In this document: piece by piece, positions 46,774 through 54,116 of the stretch
Layout of the letters: every line of letters starts with the position of its first letter
How positions within the stretch are numbered: the first letter of the stretch is position 1
NCBI GenBank assembly: GCA_041749375.1
Contig: JBGTBN010000050.1
Span: 6,789-70,788, forward strand
Direction: 5' to 3'
DNA: 64,000 bases
From: Spirochaetota bacterium
Lineage (GTDB): Bacteria > Spirochaetota > UBA4802 > UBA5550
Notes under the pieces: model-generated
Told to the model about the DNA's origin: nothing
The model's database searches: none
The model's input: the letters and a program-made list of their open reading frames with translations, nothing else
Position numbers and translations under genes: made by a program

Positions 46774-48240
46774 TCACACCCTGAACAGATGCTCGAACGT
46801 ACCGAAAAGAACATTCACCAGCTGGGCACGTCCCTCAACCGAGCCGGACATCCCGTAGAGCGCGCTGCTCTTCGGCTTTGTTCCGACAGCCGATTTCGCA
46901 TAGCTGACGCCCGCCCTGAGGTCCTCTATCAGCAGGTCAGCCAGGCCCGGCACCAGTGTCTGGGGCACGGTCACACAGAAGTGTATGCCTGCGGGGTTCT
47001 GCAGGCCGTTGAAGCGCCAACCCTTCGAGCTCATGTAATCGTTGACGTGGAAGATGTCGACACTGTCCGAGCGCATGCTTATGATGAAGGTCGCCCTGCC
47101 GACCACCTGGATCTCGGGGATCGACGCCAGGCCTTTTTTAATATCATCGGATATTTTCATGATTTCGCGCGCGGCCTCCAAATATCCCTTCTGTCCGAGT
47201 GAGACCATCGTTGCCCAGGTCGAGGCGCTCAGTCCGCCGGAGCGGCTCCCGGTCATCGACGGGGAGGCGTAGATGCCGCCCGGCCAGTGGGCCATCTGGA
47301 AGAATTGGTACCGGCGCAGCGTCGGGTTGCGGTACAGGACCACCGAGTTACCTTTGAGGCCGTAACCGAATTTGTGCGTGTCAGCGGACATAGAGGTCAG
47401 GCCCGGCAGGCGGAAGTCGAAAACCGGCACCTCGTACCCCAGTTTCTCGATCCAGGGGAGGATGAAGCCCCCCAGGCACCCGTCGATATGAAAACCGATC
47501 CCGTGCTCCAACGCGATCCCGGACAGCTGCTCCATCGGGTCGACAAGCCCGTACGGATAATTACCGGCACTGGCGACTATCGCGACAGTGTTCCTGTTGA
47601 TGAGCTTCTTCACCTCGCCGGGTATGACCAGGTAATCATCATCGTTGACCGGGGCGAGGACCATCTTTATCCCGAAATATTCGCCTGCCTTGTGGAAAGC
47701 CGGATGCGCGGTGATGGGGAGAATGATCTCCGGCTCGGTGATTTTCTTTTCCAGGCGGGCCCGGTCGCGGTAGACTTTCATGGGCATCATGATGCTCTCG
47801 CTGCCGCCGAAGGTTACGGTCCCGCATACCTCGTCTTCCGGGTTTAACGCGCGGGCCGCGTCGCCGTTCATCATGGCTGCGGTCATTGCGACTATCTCGC
47901 TTTCGAATTTTGACATGCTCGGGCAGAGGTCTACCTGGAGCACGTTGACGTGGGAGAAGAGGGAGAATATCCTGTTGAGAAAGGCGCGGTGTTCCGCGCC
48001 GGCATGGTAGAACGTGCCGGACACCTTACCGTTCTTCCATTTGGCGTTCTCTTCCTCCGACATCGTGGAAAGCTCCCTGAATATGTCTTCCCGGTCCCTG
48101 CCTTTTTCCGGGATCCGGTTGTAACTGTCGAAGCGTCCCCTGTAGGGTTTGAAGGGGTCAACGAATGCGTCTGTACTATCGGTCATGGCTTGAACCTCGT
48201 TCTTTTTGATTGCGTTCCGCTCCGTGAGGCGTTGCTTCAT
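46774..48240 (-). CDS. PLP-dependent group II decarboxylase-fold enzyme, sphingosine-1-phosphate-lyase-like
   Basis: SADTHKFGYGLKG is the PLP-Lys motif and resembles SPL HKYGF. NVLQVDLCPSMSKFESEIVAM resembles the SPL NPLH..FP....EAEVV block. The ATGA overlap with the upstream kinase stop supports the 48240 start (alternative 48186). Confidence 0.82.
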   Translation of the reverse strand: MKQRLTERNAIKKNEVQAMTDSTDAFVDPFKPYRGRFDSYNRIPEKGRDREDIFRELSTMSEEENAKWKNGKVSGTFYHAGAEHRAFLNRIFSLFSHVNVLQVDLCPSMSKFESEIVAMTAAMMNGDAARALNPEDEVCGTVTFGGSESIMMPMKVYRDRARLEKKITEPEIILPITAHPAFHKAGEYFGIKMVLAPVNDDDYLVIPGEVKKLINRNTVAIVASAGNYPYGLVDPMEQLSGIALEHGIGFHIDGCLGGFILPWIEKLGYEVPVFDFRLPGLTSMSADTHKFGYGLKGNSVVLYRNPTLRRYQFFQMAHWPGGIYASPSMTGSRSGGLSASTWATMVSLGQKGYLEAAREIMKISDDIKKGLASIPEIQVVGRATFIISMRSDSVDIFHVNDYMSSKGWRFNGLQNPAGIHFCVTVPQTLVPGLADLLIEDLRAGVSYAKSAVGTKPKSSALYGMSGSVEGRAQLVNVLFGTFEHLFRV

Positions 48241-49847
48241 TTCCTGTTGAGAGCGGTAAATATTTTCTTGTTCCTGGTAAAAAGCTCCCTGAACTGGGTA
48301 TACATGGCATCGTACACCCGACGCGTGGACTCCTCCGGAGTGTACGTCCGGGTGATTGAAACCAGGTCCGGGAATTCATCGATCGAACGGCGGCCCAGCT
48401 TGTTGAACGCGAGAAGGGCGGCCCCCCGAAGCGTCGTGCGCGTGGGATCGTCAACCACGTGAATGGGCGCGCCGAGTATATCGGCGTGGATCTGGGCCCA
48501 CAGCGCGGAGAGGGCGCCACCGCCGGCGAACCTGAAGGAGGGGAACCTGCGGCCGGTGAATTTCTCGGCGTAGTGGAGCGTCCACCGGCTATTGTACGCG
48601 AGTCCTTCCATGACGGCCCTGGTCATCTGGCCCCTCGTAGAGCTGAGCGACAGGTTGAAAAAGCCACCGCGGATGTCCCCGTTCTCCTCGGGGCAGATGG
48701 TGCCGTTCAGCCACGGCATGAACAGTACACCGTCGCAGCCGGGAGGGACGCCGGCGGCAATGGCGTTAGCCCGGTCGTACACATCATCGGGGATGGCCCC
48801 GGTTCCGAACCCGTCTTCGGCATACACTATGTTTTTAAGGAAGAACTCGAGCGCCTTTCCGCCGGTGCCCTGTTCCGCCATGAGGAGGAAGCGGTCCCTG
48901 ATTCCGCTTGGCATCGTGGTCATTGTGTGGAAGAGGTCGGTTTTTTTAAAGGGGAGGTGGCAGGTCAGCACGAGCGATGTGCCGATGTAGATAATGCCGT
49001 CGAAATCGCGGACCGCGCCGGAGCCGATCACCGATGCGTTGGTGTCGTTCGATCCGGCGATGACCGGGGTCGATGGCGAAAGACCGAGCTCCGCGGCGAC
49101 TTCAGGCAGCAATGTGCCGACCTGCGCCCTGTTTTCGACCAGGTCAGGGAAAATATCGCGCGACAGGCCTGCGAGCCGGAGCAGTTTCGCGTCATATTCG
49201 GTGCAGCCCCATTTCCGGGAATCTATGACCAGCATGGGGATCATGCTCTCCTGTGTCGCAGCGCACCTGCCGGTCAGGCGGAGGTTGAGAAAGTCTATCG
49301 GCTCCAGGAACTTGTGGGTCCGCCTGAAAATCTCGGGCCGCTCGTGCTTTATAAAAAGAATGTGGCCGATCCCGTCCACGCCCGAATGGGTCGGGGCGAG
49401 CCCGGTGCGTTTCACCCAGGCCAGGAGCTTGCCGATGCCGTATCCCTGTATGGAGGGAAAGCCCCGGATAATTTCACGGTTATACGGGCCGCCGCGCGTG
49501 TCAAGCCAGTGCACGGCATTCATCAGGTGGTCGCCGTTTTCATCGATCGGGACCACGACAGAAAACTGGGAAGTGCAGGTGACGGCGATGATGTTGTCCG
49601 GGGACGCGCCCGAGCCGGTTATCGCTTTTTTCGCGGTCCGCAGCGCGCCAGCCCACCATGCCCCGGGGTCCTGCTCTGCGCCGCCGTTCGGGAGGAGCAG
49701 GATCGGCACGCGTTCCGATGCACTTGCGATGACACGCCCGGTATCGGAGATGACCGCGGATTTCGGGCCTCCGCTGCCAAGGTCGATAGCAAGGACGTGG
49801 GTTCCGGAAAGGGGGAGGTTGCCGTTGCGGGCGGATTCAACAGTCAT
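48237..49847 (-). CDS. FGGY-family carbohydrate kinase (xylulokinase-like)
   Basis: The N-terminal actin-fold phosphate-1 motif is HVLAIDLGSGGPKSAV. The C-terminal FGGY_C motif is FAGGGALSALWAQIHADILGAPI. Confidence 0.85.
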   Translation of the reverse strand: MTVESARNGNLPLSGTHVLAIDLGSGGPKSAVISDTGRVIASASERVPILLLPNGGAEQDPGAWWAGALRTAKKAITGSGASPDNIIAVTCTSQFSVVVPIDENGDHLMNAVHWLDTRGGPYNREIIRGFPSIQGYGIGKLLAWVKRTGLAPTHSGVDGIGHILFIKHERPEIFRRTHKFLEPIDFLNLRLTGRCAATQESMIPMLVIDSRKWGCTEYDAKLLRLAGLSRDIFPDLVENRAQVGTLLPEVAAELGLSPSTPVIAGSNDTNASVIGSGAVRDFDGIIYIGTSLVLTCHLPFKKTDLFHTMTTMPSGIRDRFLLMAEQGTGGKALEFFLKNIVYAEDGFGTGAIPDDVYDRANAIAAGVPPGCDGVLFMPWLNGTICPEENGDIRGGFFNLSLSSTRGQMTRAVMEGLAYNSRWTLHYAEKFTGRRFPSFRFAGGGALSALWAQIHADILGAPIHVVDDPTRTTLRGAALLAFNKLGRRSIDEFPDLVSITRTYTPEESTRRVYDAMYTQFRELFTRNKKIFTALNRK

Positions 49848-49853
49848 GATCCC

Positions 49854-50357
49854 TTACCTGTTCCCGAATATCAATGCCAGGTGGTGGCATGCTTCCTCGG
49901 TGGTATGCGCTACGTATACGGGACCGCCGGCATCTCCCGCTTCCGGCGTAAGAGCGTACCCTGCGCTCCATCCGCCGGCGAAGGTGCAGCAGATGAGGGG
50001 CCTGCCATACAGGCTCGCGTACGCGAGCTCGGACAGGGTGCCATACCTGCCGCCGATGGCGACAACTGCATCCGCTGCGAGAATGTTGACAGCGTTACGT
50101 GCGAAGCCGAGCCCGGTCGGGATAACGACCGAGCAGTACCGGTTTGCGGAATCGATGCTCTCACCGGGAAGGATGCCGATGACGATCCCGCCTGCATCGG
50201 CCGCGCCGCGCGATGCGGCTTCCATGACACCGCCGCGTCCTCCGGTAATCAGGACGTGGCCCTGTTCGGCGATGTAACGGCCGATGGCGACCGCACCCGG
50301 CAGGTCGGGGGATTCGTCCGATGAGCCTATAACCACGATCTGTCTTTTTCTCGTCAT
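49854..50357 (-). CDS. LOG/TIGR00725-like Rossmann-fold protein
   Basis: ITGGRGGVMEAASRGA and AIGGRYGTLSELAYA correspond to the GGxxGxM and PGGxGTxxE motifs of the LOG/lysine-decarboxylase-like family. GGGGGAGA RBS precedes ATG 50357. Confidence 0.75.
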   Translation of the reverse strand: MTRKRQIVVIGSSDESPDLPGAVAIGRYIAEQGHVLITGGRGGVMEAASRGAADAGGIVIGILPGESIDSANRYCSVVIPTGLGFARNAVNILAADAVVAIGGRYGTLSELAYASLYGRPLICCTFAGGWSAGYALTPEAGDAGGPVYVAHTTEEACHHLALIFGNR

Positions 50358-50376
50358 GGGTCTCCCCCGGCGGCGA

Positions 50377-51288
50377 TCATAGCTTTTCCAGGAACAGGAA
50401 CAGCGACTGGGGCGAGCTGATCTCGATCTGGTCAACTTTATATGGTATACTATTGCCGTGAAATTCGATGCTGATCCTGTTTCGTTTCAGGTCAAGGCTG
50501 TTTTTTATCTCCTCCCCGTACGCCACGAGGAAGGTTGAAAGGGACAGTGCGAAGATATGGACAGAAGCAGGATACTTCGATTTGAGAGTGGAGACGATAA
50601 AATTCGAGAACTCTACCAGGGTGTATATCCCGGCGTGAACAAATGATCCGCGCGGGATCCTCAGCTGGTATTGATCAATGTGGAGGGAGCCGTCGTCCAT
50701 GGACCTGAAGATATTGGAGATCTCCGAGGATATGTTGTTTATGTAAATCATCATTATCGGGGATTGCAGCTCCATCGTCCGCTCGAAAATTGAGCGCATG
50801 AGACTGGCAAGGTATTCGAAATGATCGGTGTTAAAGAGTGGGGTTGATGAAACGGACGCCACCACGATCGATTCCCTTGACACGGTCATCTTCTTTATGG
50901 TCATGGAAAAGGTCTGCCCGCCCTTGTCCCCGAGCCGGACCCTGGCAATGCCGTCGTCCAGCAGTGATGCATATTCACGGGTGATGAGCTCGGGCATTGC
51001 CGCGAGGAGGAGGCGATCGCCGGCGTGCGCGACAGGAACCGGAACGCCATCCTTCACGAGGAATAGCGCGGAGAGGTTTGCGCTGTTATGATTGTTATGG
51101 TGGTAGAGAAGGCCCTTTACAAAACCCTTGGCGTGGCTTGACACATATTTTTGCTCGATCAGGTTGTAGCGCCTGAGGAGCTTTGCATACATTTCCCTGG
51201 TTCTGGTTATGGGGAGGTCACCGTCCGAGCTCGCCCTGATCGTCTCGCTGATCTGCTCCATCAGAGCGGATATATCGCTTTCACTCAT
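50377..51288 (-). CDS. Hypothetical cytoplasmic protein (303 aa)
   Basis: The long ORF has coding-like composition and heads the tightly packed LOG-like/kinase/lyase string. I recognised no family motif. Confidence 0.55.
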   Translation of the reverse strand: MSESDISALMEQISETIRASSDGDLPITRTREMYAKLLRRYNLIEQKYVSSHAKGFVKGLLYHHNNHNSANLSALFLVKDGVPVPVAHAGDRLLLAAMPELITREYASLLDDGIARVRLGDKGGQTFSMTIKKMTVSRESIVVASVSSTPLFNTDHFEYLASLMRSIFERTMELQSPIMMIYINNISSEISNIFRSMDDGSLHIDQYQLRIPRGSFVHAGIYTLVEFSNFIVSTLKSKYPASVHIFALSLSTFLVAYGEEIKNSLDLKRNRISIEFHGNSIPYKVDQIEISSPQSLFLFLEKL

Positions 51289-51368
51289 GCCGTTTCTCTC
51301 CCGTATCCAGTATCACCAATGCATACGGCGTGAGTTTTTTCAACAACTAATTTGCAGCGTCGTCATCC

Positions 51369-52673
51369 TCACGCCGGCCGGAACCCGCCGGCATGGGCGG
51401 CATAGCCGACCGCGGTCCTGTAGAGCCGGAACGATCCGGTGAAGAAAAACAGCGAGCGCACGGATACCCTCCTGTCCAGGAAGCGATTGAGCTCCGACGT
51501 ATCGTTGTCGATTACAGCGGTGAAAAAGCGGGAATATCGCTCGCCTGACGGCCTGAAGCACCTATCGTCATCGAGAACATAGTAGACGATCCCGGGGCCC
51601 GTGTCACCGGCAAGCACCGATAGTATGCCATCAATGTCCTTGTCTTTCATGAACGTCATGACAGGGGTAATGTCGTGTTCCGGATATTTATTTCTGACCA
51701 GCTTCATCATTTCGGAAAGTGCGGCCACGTTGTGCGCCGGATCGAAGAGGACAGCCGGGCGTTCGGACAGGAGCTCGAACCGGCCGGGGATTTCCAGGAC
51801 CGAAAGCCCCTTCCGAACAGAGGCCGGATCGACCCCGGGGAAATCAACAGCCCCGGTCAGGGCCGCCGTGACGGCAAGAGCGCTGTTGGCAACCTGGCGG
51901 TCCAGGGGATGGCGTATCTCTATCCCGATGACCGGCGGGCAGCGAACGGTCATGGGGATGTAGTCGTACCTGAACCCGCGGACAAGCTCCGTGATATTAC
52001 CGGCCCTGAAATCGCGGCCGATCATGTAGAGGGGGGCCTGCACCAAGTCGGCCCTGTTTTGAAGAACGGCCGCTATGCCCGGGATCGTGTTGGAGGTGAT
52101 GACGGGGATGTCCCTTTTTATGATGCCGGCTTTTTCCGCTGCAATGGCTTCCACGGTCGGGCCGAGGACGTTCGCGTGATCCATTGATATATCGGTGATG
52201 ACCGAGCAGAGCGGCGAGATCACGTTCGTCGAATCGAGCCTGCCTCCCAGTCCCGTCTCGATGACGGCAATATCGACGCCCGCGTCCGCGAAATAACGGA
52301 ACGCGATCACGGTGAGTATGTCGAAATAGGTCGCCCCGGGGCCGTACCCGGGCCAGTCGGTTCCTATGATATCATCCGCGTACCGGTCGAGCACGGTTTC
52401 AGGTATACGCTCGCTCCCGATGCGTATCCTCTCGTTCACATCGAGCAGATGGGGCGAGGTGTACAGGCCGGCCGTGTAGCCGGCGGAGGTGAATATGGCC
52501 TGCAGCATGTACGCGACCGAACCCTTGCCGTTGGTACCGGCGACATGTATCACTTTCAGGGAGCTGTGCGGGTTGCCGAAGCGCTCGAGGACGCGGAGGA
52601 CGTGGTCCGGCGTGTAATCGCTGATATCGGACCGCTGTTCGTTATTGATGAACCTGTCAAGCTTTTCAAGCAT
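51369..52673 (-). CDS. folC: Folylpolyglutamate synthase / dihydrofolate synthase
   Basis: The P-loop is HVAGTNGKGSVAYML and the Mur-ligase-like middle domain contains ETGLGGRLDSTNV. Confidence 0.9.
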   Translation of the reverse strand: MLEKLDRFINNEQRSDISDYTPDHVLRVLERFGNPHSSLKVIHVAGTNGKGSVAYMLQAIFTSAGYTAGLYTSPHLLDVNERIRIGSERIPETVLDRYADDIIGTDWPGYGPGATYFDILTVIAFRYFADAGVDIAVIETGLGGRLDSTNVISPLCSVITDISMDHANVLGPTVEAIAAEKAGIIKRDIPVITSNTIPGIAAVLQNRADLVQAPLYMIGRDFRAGNITELVRGFRYDYIPMTVRCPPVIGIEIRHPLDRQVANSALAVTAALTGAVDFPGVDPASVRKGLSVLEIPGRFELLSERPAVLFDPAHNVAALSEMMKLVRNKYPEHDITPVMTFMKDKDIDGILSVLAGDTGPGIVYYVLDDDRCFRPSGERYSRFFTAVIDNDTSELNRFLDRRVSVRSLFFFTGSFRLYRTAVGYAAHAGGFRPA

Positions 52674-53562
52674 CTGCCGGAATACCGAGGTTAGAAAAGA
52701 TCGCGCGTCGCATGGCAGCGACGGGTGCGGTCAGCCCGGTCCAGAGCTCGAACTGCCGGGCGCCCTGGTGGAGGAGCATCTCGATCCCGTGGATCACGAC
52801 GCACCCGCGCGCACGGGCCGCGGCGAGGAGCCTGGTTTCGTGGGGGGCGTACACGATGTCGAAGACGGCATGGTGCCGGGCGAGCAGGTCCTCGGGAATG
52901 GGAATTGCGTCCGGGCGCGGGGACATGCCGACCGGCGTCGTATTGATAACGACATCGACCGTTTCCATGAGCCCGCGGTCAAGCGCAACGAGCTCTACTG
53001 CGCGTGCGGGCTCCGGTGTGCGGATGGCTGCTGCCAGGCGCTCTATCCGCTCACTGTTCCTGCCGGTTATGATGATACGGGCGCCGCTCGCAGCGAGGGT
53101 CGCGGCTATGGCACTCGCCGAACCGCCGTTGCCGATGACGAGACAGGTGGAGCCCTCGATCCTGACCTTTCCCCGCTCGAGCGCTGCGGCGGCGCCGAGC
53201 CCGTCCGTATTGTGTCCGGCAAGGGAACCGTCCCTGTTGACCAGCGTATTGATCGAACCGATATCGGCGGCGAGGGGATCGACCGAATCGGCATGACGGA
53301 GCGCCTCGGTCTTGAAGGGGATGGTGATGCTGGCGCCGCGTATGCCCAGCTCTTTCATGGAGCGCATGGCCCCCCCGATGTCTGACGGTTCGAAGGCGAG
53401 GTACACGGCATTGAGCCCGGCCTCGCGGAAGGCGGCGTTGTGCATGACCGGGGACACGCTGTGGCTGACCGGGCTGCCGAACAGGCAGTACAGGCCGGTT
53501 GATGAATTTATGGTCAGTGCGCTCACCGTCCCGATATGGGCAGAGCATTTTGTTTTTGTCAA
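52666..53562 (-). CDS. aroE: Shikimate 5-dehydrogenase
   Basis: FGSPVSHSVSPVMHNAAF, SITIPFK, NTDGLG and VIGNGGSASAIA are the classical AroE blocks. The start is TTG at 53562 (alternative GTG 53526). Confidence 0.9.
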   Translation of the reverse strand: MTKTKCSAHIGTVSALTINSSTGLYCLFGSPVSHSVSPVMHNAAFREAGLNAVYLAFEPSDIGGAMRSMKELGIRGASITIPFKTEALRHADSVDPLAADIGSINTLVNRDGSLAGHNTDGLGAAAALERGKVRIEGSTCLVIGNGGSASAIAATLAASGARIIITGRNSERIERLAAAIRTPEPARAVELVALDRGLMETVDVVINTTPVGMSPRPDAIPIPEDLLARHHAVFDIVYAPHETRLLAAARARGCVVIHGIEMLLHQGARQFELWTGLTAPVAAMRRAIFSNLGIPADA

Positions 53563-53590
53563 TTGTTTTATATTGCATATAACTTAGCCA

Positions 53591-53616
53591 CCCCCCCTGT
53601 CCCCCGGAGGGGGCAC
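53591..53616. repeat. GC-hairpin repeat, left copy (CCCCCCCTGTCCCCCGGAGGGGGCAC)
   Basis: It contains a CCCCC-gga-GGGGG hairpin. Its reverse complement matches the right copy at 54013..54037 except for 2 loop positions. Confidence 0.8.
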
Positions 53617-53644
53617 GGAAGAAGAAGCGGGAAGTAAAGTCATT

Positions 53645-54051
53645 ATGAATACTCGTGTTGAAACGCTTGATTATGTTGTTGAACTGGCAAGAGATTTTTG
53701 AAACAATTTGACTGATGCTGAAAGATTGCCATGGTCCCGGTAAAAAGATAAACAGATTTCCGGATATAGGTTTAGATGTCAGCATTCTATCGATCGAAAT
53801 ATTATGGACTTCTATTGTCATGAAAAACTTATAGCGATTGAGTTAGATGGCGCTATGCATAGAGAAAAAAAAGACAATGATGAATACCGTGATAATTTCA
53901 TGAGAAGTAAGGGTATTATTACATTACGGTTTGTAATCGCGAAGTTGTTCAGGACCTTGAATTAATGATATGTAAAATCGAAACTGAATTATTACGAGAA
54001 GACTCATCTCGCGTGCCCCCTTTGGGGGACAGGGGGGAGTTGATGAGATGA
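53645..54051 (+). pseudogene. Decayed DUF559 (Vsr-like endonuclease fold) gene
   Basis: The reading ...ELARDF*NNLTDAERLPWSR*KDKQISGYRFRCQHSIDRNIMDFYCHEKLIAIELDGAMH...DNFMRSKGIITLRF has two in-frame stops (TGA at 53699 and a TAA). A frameshift before NREVVQDLELMICKIETELL is needed to reach the usual C-terminus. It is strongly AT-rich relative to its flanks. Confidence 0.7.
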
Positions 54052-54097
54052 TATGAGAAGACTGATCCGTCGCGCCCCCTTTGGGGGGCCGGGGGGG
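54013..54097. repeat. Two tandem copies of the GC-hairpin repeat (GTGCCCCCTTTGGGGGACAGGGGGG; CGCCCCCTTTGGGGGGCCGGGGGGG), each preceded by GAGAAGACTNATC
   Basis: The copies lie at 54013..54037 and 54073..54097. The preceding gagaagactcatctcgc and gagaagactgatccgtc show a tandem duplication of about 60 bp. Confidence 0.8.
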
Positions 54098-54116
54098 ATG
54101 CTGGCAACTTGCAGTT

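Noticed and set aside
48459-50324. A 621-aa plus-strand ORF, and the parallel 427-aa ORF at 48994..50277
   Set aside because: These are antisense shadow ORFs opposite the FGGY kinase and LOG-like genes, which carry clear family motifs. Their translations are Arg/Gly/Ala/Pro-rich low-complexity sequence typical of high-GC non-coding frames.
53051-53821. A 256-aa minus-strand ORF spanning the aroE 5' half and the DUF559 region
   Set aside because: It is an alternative frame of aroE that continues through the AT-rich cassette. The translation has no family features, whereas the aroE frame has all the classical shikimate dehydrogenase blocks.
54000-54100. Possible CRISPR array (repeated GC-rich palindromic units)
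   Set aside because: There are only two direct copies plus one inverted copy, with no regular repeat-spacer periodicity and no cas genes. A better interpretation is terminal or tandem repeats of the DUF559 cassette.
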